64,000 nt of DNA from Octopus vulgaris (lineage: Eukaryota): assembly GCA_951406725.2 (NCBI GenBank), contig OX597825.1:29822001-29886000 (forward strand), written 5' to 3'. Shown piece by piece: positions 51,579 to 64,000 of this stretch (its first letter is position 1; every line of letters starts with the position of its first letter). A program made the position numbers and the translations under genes. Under the pieces are notes generated by a model that worked only from the letters and a program-made list of their open reading frames with translations, made no database searches and was not told the origin of the DNA.

Positions 51579-51997
51579 AGGTGCAGGAGGGGCTATGTGG
51601 TAAGTAGCTTGCTTAATAACCACATGGTTCTGGGTTCAGTCCTACTGCGTGGCCCCTTGGGCAAGTGCCTTCTACTATAGCCTCTCACCGACCAAAGCCT
51701 TGTGAGTGCATTTGGTAGATGGAAACTGAAAGAAGTCCATCGTATATATGTATTTATATATGTATATGTGTGTATATGTTTGTGTGTCTGTGTTAGTCCC
51801 CCCAACATCGCTTGACAACCGATGGTGGTGTGTTTATGTCCCTGTAACTTAGTGGTTCAGCAAAAGAGACCGATAGAATAAGTACTAGACTTACAAAGAA
51901 TAAGTCATGGGGTCGATTTGTTTGACAAAAGGTGGTGCTCCAGCATGGCCACAGTCAAATGACTCAAACAAGTAAAAGAGCAAAGAGTAAAGAGTAA
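51579..51997 (+). mobile_element. SINE family A, full length
   Basis: Colinear with 1685-2100; (AAAGAGT)n-like tail. Confidence 0.92.
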
Positions 51998-52556
51998 CAG
52001 AGACATATATATCATTGCACTACAAAGTAGAAATTAAAAGTTATGTTTTCTCTCAAATTTTTGTTTCATCTAAAAGGAATTTCTCAACTAAGTTCTAATT
52101 TTCACCGAGAGTACGAACAAACCTTGAAATTTTATGACTTACTTGACAAATTTAACAAGTACAAACTTACTATTGTATCACGGATACACTGGCAAGTCAT
52201 AAACAGTTAAGATGGTAGCATACAAGGTAAATTAGTTGGAAGATCAATGTTTCATATTCTGTCATTTCGTCAGATGTGAAATTAAAACACTTGACTTTCA
52301 AATGATTTAATCCAGCTCACTCTACTTAGCATTGTGTTCAAGAGTAGTCCTGTAAAATTGATAAGTAGCCAGCCACACAGAATTCAATTACTTTTGTTTG
52401 TAAATGTGAATAGAAAAGGAATTAGATTCTACTGGTTTCCTCTAGACTTAGATGAATGCTAACCACCTATTGACTGGTGACATATTTCATTTTGAAAAGT
52501 CAAGAAATATTAGCAATAAATAGACAGAAAGGAAATATTAATAAATGAATATGGTA

Positions 52557-52619
<63 letters not shown>

Positions 52620-52635
52620 GTAATAATAATAATAG

Positions 52636-53030
52636 TGCTCACAGATATGACTATGTAGCTAAAATGTTTGTTTGCTGCCATCTTGATGCCAGTTCATCCT
52701 TACACTGTGCAACTCCTGGGACATGTGTCTTCTACTATGGCTTTGGGCCAACCGAAGCCTTGAAGTGAATTTAATAGTATGACAGTGCATCAGTTATAAC
52801 AGTGCATGTGTGTGTAATTCTTGGATTTTCTTCTTACTATCTGACAACCATTGTTGGTTTGTTTATATTTATATGTCTTGGTGGCTTAACAAAAGGATAC
52901 TGGTAGAATAAGTGCCAGACGCCAGACTTAAAATAATTACTGGAGCTGATTTTGATAAACTAGACCCTTTATGGAATGTCTCAGAATGGCCACAAGCAAA
53001 TGACTAAAACAAGTAAAAAAATACAAGACA
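52636..53030 (+). mobile_element. Old, diverged SINE family A
   Basis: GTGTCTTCTACTAT, TAGAATAAGT and ATGGCCACA..AATGACT.AAACAAGTAAAA blocks retained. Confidence 0.7.
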
Positions 53031-53474
53031 TAATTTAATATATATTAAATCCTTAATTTCAGAAGTATTTTGTGAAAGTGCTAGCTTAATCTAAACCTGA
53101 ATATACATTCCCAGTATCTTGAATATGAGCAATTTATATAAGAGGAGGTGCTTTTGCATTTAGTTTCCTTCAAACCCATAAATTATTTCGACACAAAATC
53201 CATTTTAACACCAGTTTTGTTCAAATAAGAAATTTTCTAACAAATGGAGTTCATTACGAGATGACTGATTATCAAGTACAAAACTTAAATAACAAAAACA
53301 AGATGATATACCTCTGTAATAACTACTGTATCATTTTATAACTGAGCATCTTATTACAACAGATATATTTCTTTAATATTTTTTCAATTTGGAAATCTGA
53401 TTTAATTTTTAAAACTCTTTACAAGAGGTTCAAATAAATGCATTGATATTTAACTGAATATTATTATCATAATT

Positions 53475-54072
53475 AGGGGTTTGGTTTACTAAGTTCAAAT
53501 TTTACTGAGGTTAACTTTTCCTTTCATCCTTGTGGGGTTCAATGAAATAAAGTAGCAGTCATATACTGGGCTCAGTGAGAATGTCTAACTTCTTCAAATT
53601 CCTGGTCTTTTATAAAAAATCAGAAACCTTTATTAGGATGGTAGTGGATTGGTGAATCATTAGAGCATCAGGGAAAACATATTTACAGTATTTACTCCCA
53701 GCTGTTTATGTTCTGAGTTCAAATCCTACCAAGTCAAGTTCTGTCTTTCATCCTTCTGCAATGGATCAAATAGATTACAAGTTAAATACTCTGCCTTATT
53801 TCAATAATCAACCTTCCTTCACTCTGAATTTCAGGTCTTGTATCTGTATTAAAAACAGACGTTATCCTCATTGTGGCTGTGGGGGAGGAAATCGGTAAAG
53901 TGTAGGACAAAATTCATTGGAATGTTTAGTTCAAATCCTGCTAAAGTCAACGTTACCAATCATCCTCCTGGGGGTTGAGGAACTATGCATTATTCAAATG
54001 CTCAGAGGTGATTATATTTGACTATAAGCTGTCTAAAACACGCCTTTGTTACCATATGAGAAATTATTAATA

Positions 54073-54160
<88 letters not shown>

Positions 54161-54372
54161 AGAGGTGAGCTGGCAGAATCATTAGCACACCAGGCAAAAT
54201 GCTTAGTGGTATTTCATCTAGTGCAACGTTATGAGTTCAAATTCCGCTGAGGTTGACTTTGCCTTTCTTCCTGTCGGAGTCAATGAAATAAGTACCAGTT
54301 ACATACTGGGGTCGGTATAATTGACTAGCGCCCTCCTCCACAATTTCAGGCCTTGTGCCTATTGTAGAAAGG

Positions 54373-54375
<3 letters not shown>
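53475..54375 (+). mobile_element. Head-to-tail stack of family B-like SINEs: three decayed copies, then a younger B2 copy at 54160-54375
   Basis: AGTTCAAAT..AGGT/AAGTCAAC..TCATCCT recurs at ~53492, ~53717, ~53928, ~54234. Confidence 0.7.
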
Positions 54376-54404
<29 letters not shown>

Positions 54405-54409
54405 GAACT

Positions 54410-54448
<39 letters not shown>

Positions 54449-54872
54449 TCTAACTAGGATTAGATTAATTATTTTATATGTGAAGGTCTAATGGAATTAA
54501 GCAGTTATGAAGTTGTTCATTTAACTGCACAATAATATTTTTTTGTTCAAATTTTTCGAGTTTACAGAAATAGTAACAGCAGACACAGGCGGCTTATGCT
54601 ACTTTTGCAGAAATATTATTTTCTTATTGTAAATGAATGGTAATTTGAAAGTGATAGAAATAATAATTGCGCATAATTCATGGAACCATTTGCGGAAATT
54701 AGCATCTGCAGTTAACGACTCATGTACTGGGAGTTAACTAAAGGTGAGAGTAAGACACCTGAGCACAGCATATATAATTATCTATCATATTCATTATTGA
54801 TTTTACATGTAAACAGATTACAGATTCTCATCAATTGTTTAATTGCACAAATTTTAAATTACACACACACAT

Positions 54873-55140
<268 letters not shown>

Positions 55141-56113
55141 GAATGTACGTGTGTGTGTGTTTGTGTGTATATATCATCATTAACATTGTTTTACATCTGC
55201 CTTCTATGATGGTATGAGTTTGATGAGTTGCTATATTCCAAATCAGCTCTTATCCAGAGTTAGTGGGCTTCTAGGTGGGTTGTATTGCCATGGTTTCTAT
55301 GGCTTGATGTTGTAAACCACTTTACAACATGTCCTAAGTTTATTTTATCATGGCATCCGTATTAGAGAGGTTGTTATGTTCCAAGCATAACTAAGGAGAT
55401 CTTTCTACCTGACAGTGCTTCTGTTTGTTTGTCTGCAACTTTACACAGAGCAATGGATTCGTTTTTAATTAAGGCATCACTAATTAGGGATGTTACTTTG
55501 TCTCCTACAATGCTAAAGGGTCTGCTCTACTCAAAGTTGTTTATGATTGTTTAAGGCAAATGTAACTGAAGAAGACTGACTAGAAGAGAGAGCAGGAGTG
55601 GCATGATGGAGAGAGGGAGAGTATAGAGGGAAGTGTAAGGTCATAGAAGAGATTTATATCAACAAAGAGTAACAGAGGAGAGGATAGTAAAAGAGAGAGA
55701 GAGAGAAAGTGAAAGAAAGAGAAAGAGAGTCTAAGGAAATGAATATTAATAATCTAGATGATAGTAAAACAGAACTAATGAAGGATAGCAAAAGAGATGT
55801 TAAGTAAAAGAGGCAGATGTCCCTGGAGAATGCAATGGGGAAAAAAAGTAATGCTTAACAATAAAGAAAGGTGATGGTAAAGGGTATTGAATATGGGCTG
55901 ATCCAGCGTCATCTCTCCCTACACAGGTTTCATGATAAAATGGGTAGAAAGATAAAGGGTAAATGTAAAATGGAAGTAGAGACCTAAAGAGTGAAAAGAA
56001 TCAAATATGGTCAGATCAAGTGCCGACTTTTGTTACAGAAGTGTCATGGTACAATGAATCGTCGAGAGGGTAATTGATAAGTAGAAGAGTAATGATGTGG
56101 CAACATATGCAGT

Positions 56114-56561
56114 TTAAGCCTTTTGTTATTACACTTCTGTTGGAAGACACATTCTGTTTCAATTAATTTTGAAAATAGTGAAGAATTTAGTGTAGCAACT
56201 TTACCATTATTAGACTGGTGTTAGGAACATGAGTTCATATAAAATTTTGATGAAAGTTTTTAATTTAGATCACTTTCAAACTAAGAATCAGGCAAAGTCG
56301 TAGGTGGTATCAAAAGGCGGCGAGCTGGCAGAAACGTTAGCATGCCGGCAAATGCTTTGTGGTATTTTGTCCACCACTGCATTCTGAGTTCAAATTCCGC
56401 CGAGGTCGACTTTATTTTTCATTCCTTCGGGGTCGATAAATTAAGTACCAGTTACGCACTGGGGTTGATATAATCGACTTAATTCGTTTGTCTGTCCTTG
56501 TTTGTCCCCTCTGCATTGAGCTCCTTGTGGGTAGTAAAGAAATAGGTATCAAAAGTCTTAA
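56114..56561. mobile_element. piggyBac-like MITE (family F) with a full B1 SINE (56316-56544, +) inserted in its terminal repeat
   Basis: TTAA at both ends; body is the reverse complement of 23682-23910; TSD GGTATCAAAA(G) at 56306 and 56545. Confidence 0.82.
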
Positions 56562-58908
56562 GAGGAATATAATGAGCAAGAAGCCAGATGTAGATATGCT
56601 ATTCATCTGAACCTCCTACGTTAGCATTATTTTAATGACAATATTACTATGACTGCTTGAGTGGGTGGATCATCACATAGTGTCACGAATCACAGCTCTT
56701 TCTCATTCAGTATCAGTTACAGATGTGTTAATCATGTAATCTTGTAAAATTTTATTACAATTCTTGACAGAACAATTTTACATTGAATAGCTTACTTAGA
56801 GAATAAAAACCAAGCTTTTCCAGAAATATTTCCTAGAACAGATTAGATACTTTATATATTGGAAAATTCTTCTCTCAACTATACTAATTCTACAAAGCTT
56901 TAATTAAGTTGTAGTCTTTGAAGTCTGCCTCAGTAAGATTGACATTTAGGCTTTCCTCACATATTCAAGGCTTTACTCAAAGAATAAAAAACCAAACTTT
57001 TCGGGGAATGTTTTGTGAAAGAGACTAGCTTGCATTCCAGGGAAAATCTTTTCCTTTGTCTCAGTCCTATGCATTTTGTTGGATGAGAAATACATTATCT
57101 TTTACAAAAGCAATATTTTTGAGACTGAACCAGAAGTATTTATTTGCCGTATGAACTTTGCCTAATTCAATTTTATTAGCGTATATCAATTATGTATATT
57201 TTCTTAATATTCATTTCCTTATTATTAACAAAAATTATTTTATCTAAAATGACCCTGCTAAATTTTTTTCAACTCTCGTAACAATCTCCCACGATGTTTT
57301 TGCTGGGATATGCCATATGTTGAACTTCATGGTAGATCTTTTGTTTTTAATTTGTAACAGTATTTTAGCAATATTTCTCTTAAATACTCATAAATTATTT
57401 ATAAACCTATTATAATAAGATTTACTAGAGAATGTGTTAGTGAAGAAAGAAAGCTGGAGTTGACATTTATTCTGTGTTTCACAGAAAGAAACTGAATGTT
57501 AATTACCAACATACACAATAGAATAATCAGCTTGAAATTTACTGTTAGCCTGAATAAGCTTATTTAATAACATGATATCATAAACAATGCATAAGGTGAG
57601 ATGATGTTAACATAGAACAAGAATATCACAGAACAGAAAATAGTGGAAAGTGAAACGTCTAGAAAAAATATCGTAACGAAATAGAAATAGTTTACATAGA
57701 ATAATTTTGGACTTGGTTGTTATGACTACTTTTTAATGAGGTAAAGGTTATATTTGTAAACAAAGTCTGTAAAAAACATAGCATGTCAAAAGTCTGTAAT
57801 TGAAATGGTTGAGAAAGAATTGTTATGTTGTGTAGTTATATTTCTGTTCCATTTCTATATTACGGTGCTCTTATATTTCATTTCTTTATTGATGCTACCG
57901 TAAGAAATAATATCGGCAAAAATTGAATAACTGAGTAAATGTAGTGGATTATCAACAACTTCAAATTTGCTGCATTTCATTGTATGTTAGATAAACATAT
58001 TTCACCTAACTTTCAAAAACAGGTACCAGATCACCTGAGAATTTTAGCAGCAAAAGATTCCATTTCCTAGTAGTATCATATCAGAAGCTGCAGAAGAGTT
58101 CCACTTCTCACATCATAGCCGTCATAAGCATAACTCAGTCATAAAAGACTGCAATAGTTAGGATAATTCACAAGCTTTAGTTCACAGATGATGGTTAGGA
58201 ATTGGCGATGGTTCATTGTATATGTTCCTGAAAATCAGGGCATGAGATAACCATATAATTCATTTGCTGTGAGATAAAGAGAATACAAAAAATACACTAT
58301 ATTATAATAAGAAAGAATGATCATTGATCGGAGCAAAAATATCTCAACATATCAAACCACCTGATATTACTTGATAATTATAAATTTGAATAAAAGGCAT
58401 TAAAAACATGTTAGCAAAGCAAAAGTCAAGTCAAATACGAGAGAAAATTAGTAAGTCAATAGTGATGAGATGATAGTTCATGTCAGCAGGACACAAAAGA
58501 TGATAATTCAATAGTTTGGTTCTGGGATAGCATTGTATACCGAGGACTAATTATTGTCATTTCATGTTAGCCAATACTTTGTCACAGCGAATCACACTAG
58601 ACCCGACATTAAAGAACTCGATCTTTTATTCAACTCACCAATTATTTTAAGCATTCTTTTGACGCAGATGATTTAGAATCGGAGCCATGAATCAACATTG
58701 AGCAACTGTTATTCTCTAAAACACAGAAAAATCGATTTCTAAGGAATATAATCTTAGAACACCAAGTCTTTTAATTTTAACTTAAGTATTATTTTGTGTG
58801 TATGTGTGTGTGTGTCTCTGTGTGTATATTCATATAAGATAGATATAGATGTAAATATATATATTCATGCATACACATACATATGCACACACACACACAC
58901 ACACTCAT

Positions 58909-58947
<39 letters not shown>

Positions 58948-59112
58948 TATATAAATTTTGCTGTCAGCCCAAACTCAAATATATTCAGACTTAATCATGT
59001 TGTGTATATACATTTCATTTATTTTGGGGCATCATTTTAGATAATATATCATTATATATACATATATTTAATGTTTCACTTACACATAGCAATACTAAAA
59101 ACGTGGTACTAG

Positions 59113-59160
<48 letters not shown>

Positions 59161-59291
59161 CCAATTGAATAAACCCATCAGTAATGTACTTACAATGACT
59201 ACTTGAAACAGCTGTAAGCCAAATTTACTCTGGTAAAGGAAAAATATGTAATGACCATCATTTTTAACTTGTTATATATATATATACATAC

Positions 59292-59322
<31 letters not shown>

Positions 59323-59851
59323 CATATATATATATACATACATATATATACATATATATATATACATATATATATGTATACATATATATGTATGTATGTA
59401 TATATGTGTATATGTGAGTATGTATGTGTGTGTATAGATAATAAAACAAATTGTTTACATATATATGAATGTATATGTATATATATACAAGGTATTGCTC
59501 ATTAGATATTCTCTTTATTTATAATACTTTAACAATTAAGAACTTAGCTTTACTTTAAGATCTCCTATGATTCTATCCCTTCAGTATCCTTTTTTAAACA
59601 AACAGAACAGAATTATTTTTGAAGGGCAAATAGTAAAATGAAGCAAGAACTGTAGAAAAAAGTGTGGGCATCTATTTTCATCCCTTCAAAGTTATCTATC
59701 TGAAGGCATTGTACATTTTTTGGAAGTTTCTTCAAAAGTTCAGAAACCTTAAAAAGAAAGTATTCAATCTACTGGTTGACTTAGACCTAGGACCAGTATC
59801 CCCCGCCCTCCCAAAAAATATTCACCAGTAAAGTATATTTGTTGTTTGCAG

Positions 59852-60145
59852 ATATAACTCTTACAGGCACAGCCTATGTTCAGAACACAGAACCCATCCA
59901 CTTGATCTGTAATGCTACCAACAGTGTACAGTCTCCTCGGGACATCACATGGTACAAGGACGGAGAAATCATTACGAGGGGCGTCTTACGAAGAGTTATA
60001 ATAACTCGACGTCAAGTCTCTCCAAGAACTCTTATCAGTGAGCTAAAAATAGCACGGAGTAACACTGGAGATGACGGCATCTATGTGTGCCGAACATCTG
60101 ACCTGGAAGTCACTCGATTTAAAGTGAATGTTTTAAATACGTATG
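59852..60145 (+). CDS. Internal exon encoding one Ig domain; resembles the second Ig domain of Dpr/ZIG-8-like two-Ig cell-surface proteins
   Basis: ttgtttgcag acceptor, TG|GTTAGT donor, 294 nt, phase 1/1; (D)ITLTGTAYVQNTEPIHLICNAT..PRDITWYKDG..LISELKI..DDGIYVCRTS..VNVLN has the B-strand Cys, C-strand Trp and DxGxYxC; alternative donor AC|GTATGG after 60140. Confidence 0.92.
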
Positions 60146-62587
60146 GTTAGTAATTTAGTCTCCCTCTATTTGAATGCGTTGCACATGTTACTGTTATCAA
60201 AACTCTTGTCTAACAATCTTTCTTTCTCTGTCTCTTTCCCTCACATAAACACTTACTCACAGTGAAATGAGTTCTTCTGCATGGAATATTGTTTTAGTGG
60301 AATGCTTTAAAACCATTTTATGTTATTGGTTTGTTAAAATATATTCTGAATTGTTTGTGTTATTTTGACTGTTTTTAAGATTCTGAAAAAAAAAAAATCA
60401 TGTATATTCTTTATTCTTGTTACAATTTAAGGAATGATCAGACCTGCTTTTAAATTTCAAAGGTGTCCTCCAATGGGTTGAAATCAATGTTGTTCCTTGT
60501 GTTTTCTTTCTTTTGTAATTTTTATTAATGCATTGCATCTATTTAAGGAGAAATGTTTATATCAATTTTTTTTATTTATTTAACATTCTAAAGGAACAAT
60601 TAATTAGTTAAAATAAAAATGTATTCACACGTTTCCTTACAGCAATCTGATATAATGCAGCCTACCTAAACTCATTATTATCCAACTCCCACTGATTTAC
60701 TTTATATTAATGAATAAAAACAACAAATTACCATTTTATAAATCATTTTGCATTTCTATAATTATTCTCATTTTATTGATATTACAATAAAACATAGCTT
60801 ATCACTCCTTAAATATTATATTTTCAAAGGTTTATTTAAATTCCATGCCCTTGAGTATTTTTTCCCATTAATAATTTAAATTGAGTCCATCCCAAACAAC
60901 AGGATAGCCCTAACAAGAATTACAATTATATCCAATTAATATATTTTTAAAAAAGCAATTAATACATTTTCCTCATATAGAAATTGACTACATTTTATTT
61001 GAATTGTTTATAAATTTAGAATTCATAATAAATGATTGAAGCTGTAGAAAAATTATAAATACGGATATAAAGTGCTCTCTTATCCTCTCTACTTGTTTTT
61101 GTAAGCAGTTAATAAAACAACACAGGGTGCAGCATATTATCTGAAAATTTAATAATTGTGGTGCTGTTTTAAGATACTTTTATAACTTGGTAATTAACTT
61201 ACTCGTTTGGTTGTTATTTTGTGAAAACTGCCTCTGATGTAACATTAGTTAGAAGAGGTTAGGATAGCTTGCTCTTATCATTCATTAATGCATCAAAAAC
61301 TAACATGTTAAAAATAGTCTTACATTCCAATTTATTCAATCTTATTAGTGATCTAAATCTCACAGAATCTTTTCATGCAGCAGAAGCTAAGAAACATTCC
61401 TTTGCTAATTACTATTTTGGTTCTTAATTATCAAAATATGTTGAAATTTCCACTTATAACACAACATACATGCTCACTTTCATTAAGGAAGTGGGAAACT
61501 ATAATTACAATTTAATTAATTAATTATATCTTTCTTAGGAAAAAAGACATTACCGTCAATTTAAAGCAGATAATAATTTATGGAATTTGAAATAACAAGA
61601 TTGTTGAGTGACAAGAACGGTAAACATTGTTTTGAGAAGCATATGTTTCAGAATACGTTTTATAGGAATAAAATGTCTCTTTTAACATTTGAAATTACAT
61701 AACACCTTTGTACATAGTGAAATCTTCATGACCATCAACAATAAAAGTAGGTGATTATTAACAATTTAAACTAATATTTGTTAAAATTATGTTTCCCCTT
61801 CAATTATAATGACACTGATAATCATCAGAACTATTTGCCATGATGCTGATGATGATGATAATGATGATGATGAAGACAAGTACGCTTAAAAGAACTTTGA
61901 AATTGTTGAATAGATTCAATAATGTATAATATGAAATTATATTACATTATATCTAAATATTATATTACGATTTGGTCTTCTTATGAGTGCCATGTCATGA
62001 GGTGAGGTTTGGAAGAGTTTCTGTTCAGCTTTGTAGATCAGTAAGCTACAAACATTAGAAATTTTGAAATGAAACAATGTCAGGGGAAGAGAAGAGGTAG
62101 GAGGAAATAAAAATATTCTATTTATGAAATATTCCCTTTACGAATTCATGAATAATTATATTTGTATATTTCGAAAATGAGTTATTAGAAGAATAGTAAA
62201 GGTTGATTGGACTATTAACCTCATCTTTTGTGGTGTTTGTATATGAACAGTATACTCTCTGGGTGTATGTGCGTAGGTTTAGTTTTAATGATCCATCTGT
62301 TCTCAGATGATTGAGTCAATTACCTGACTTCCTATGATCAATGGTATTCCTCTGTGAGTGATGAGCCTGAATGAGTTCCATATGAGACAAATGGGATCCA
62401 ATTGTTGTTGGTGTTGGTGGTGTTGCTCTTCTGGTCATATCAACATTTCAGCTTGGCATTGCAAACTAACAAAGCAATAATTTGTTCTTCAGTCCTGCCA
62501 ACCTATTGCCTCAAACAACCGTAATGTCTCCGTTCTCCCTATTTCTGTCATTTTTATCAGTACTGGCACCTTTTCTACTATCTATGA

Positions 62588-62629
62588 TCACCTGAAGATT
62601 ACTTCTGAATTCGAAACTTTGAGTAATGA
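62588..62629 (+). ncRNA. Degenerate minimal type I hammerhead-like motif
   Basis: CUGAAGA 62592-62598, GAAAC 62613-62617, GUA 62623-62625, stem I TCAC/ATGA (3 of 4 pairs). Confidence 0.35.
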
Positions 62630-62681
62630 GATGAATACTTGTCGAAACTAACATACACAATGAATGTATATGTATATACAT

Positions 62682-62769
<88 letters not shown>

Positions 62770-62909
62770 TTATATATATATATTTATATTTATATTTATA
62801 TACATACATATATATACTGATTGATAGGTAGATAGAGAGATAGACTGATAGGCAAACAGATAAATAGATTCAAACAAACATACATACATATTTTTCCAAA
62901 GAAATGCTC

Positions 62910-62992
62910 GACTGTGACTCCAAAGCTTCACCGTTGTTGTTTTCATCAATATATCTGATGAAGGTAGCAGCCAAAACTTCGAAGTCAAAGTC
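62910..62992. repeat. Imperfect palindrome whose right arm is a decayed Penelope-type minimal hammerhead
   Basis: TTCATCA/TGATGAA centre, GACTGTGACT/AGTCAAAGTC ends; CTGATGA-A-GGT-AGCA-GCC-AAAA-CTTCGAAG-TC. Confidence 0.5.
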
Positions 62993-64000
62993 ACCTTTTT
63001 TCTCATAAAAATGAAATAAATATTCTACCAAGCAATCCTTCAATTAATTATATGTATATATATGATATATATAAGGAGACATAAGAAGCAAATATTAATG
63101 ATACATACATATGTATGTATATATGTGCATATTATATATATATATATATATATATGTATGGAAGGCTTTCAAAGTAACTACCATATTCCCAGAGATGTGT
63201 ATGTTTTTACCAACATGATACAGAAACAGAACAGAAATCTTCTGTGCCTCAATATTAATACGATAGCTTTTGCTAAAAAGATGCAAAGAGCCCAAGAACA
63301 AATAATAACAGAACTTAATTGAAGAATAACAATTGATCCTACAATAGACTTTCCTGACAACTAAAGACTACTTAAAGAAGTAATGTAAATTTTGATAACT
63401 CTAGAATTTCCAAGAAGCAATTAAGCATAAGTGACTTCAGGTCAGTTTGATTTTATCATGAAGCAGTTGAGAGAGATAAATAAACCCAAGGATATGATGC
63501 CAGTCTATGACTCATAACATTTTTAGATATTTTAGTACCTAAACCCTAAAGCTAGGTGGATTTAGATAATGTATAATTAAGTACATAAGACATAGAAATT
63601 GAATAGAATATTTCTAATAGACTATCCCAGAATCCCATTTGTAAAAGAGACTTATAAATTGAAGAATATCGCAAGATTCAGATCAGAGAAACATTTGCAT
63701 AAACATTGTTAAAGAGCTTCATGGTTGAATGACCATCATTGCCAATATTTCATCTTTCAGCTATAACATTAGGCTGGTATACTATTATTGTTGAAACTGA
63801 TAAGCAATGAAGTGAATGAAACAGTGGGATAATGGACTTAGAACGGGATTTAGTTTCATATTCCCTTTCTTTTGTGTCCGAATCTTGCTAACGCTGACTT
63901 TGTCTTTTATCCTGCATAAGAGTCAATAAAACCAGTATTAAGGTTGCTTCCATCAACTATAACCATCCTCTATAAATGTTGAGTTTTATATCTATTTGAG

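Overview
AT-rich, microsatellite-dense animal genomic DNA. The SINE repertoire and (TA)n/(TAA)n/(CA)n load look like Octopus; this is inferred from recalled repeat sequences, not from a search. Nearly all ORFs in the supplied track are microsatellite artefacts. The window reads as the intronic interior of one large + strand gene. It has a clear phase-1/1 Ig-domain exon at 59852-60145 (second Ig domain of a Dpr/ZIG-8-like IgSF protein) and two, possibly three, phase-1/1 candidate microexons (8789-8818, 40578-40601, weaker 15227-15238) that would build the inter-Ig linker. The rest is transposon debris: at least four modular tRNA-derived SINE families (labelled A-D here), piggyBac-like and hAT-like MITEs, a maT/Tc1-mariner relic, CR1, L1/Tx1 and HERO LINE 3' fragments, a tRNA-Asp pseudogene and hammerhead-like relics. 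The best candidate for something new is at 2636-2747, in the 3' UTR of the HERO fragment. It has every hammerhead-ribozyme core nucleotide and stems I-III, but the strands are in a non-circularly permuted order and two extra helices are inserted between A9 and G10.1. All folding and alignment was done by eye; repeat boundaries are approximate.
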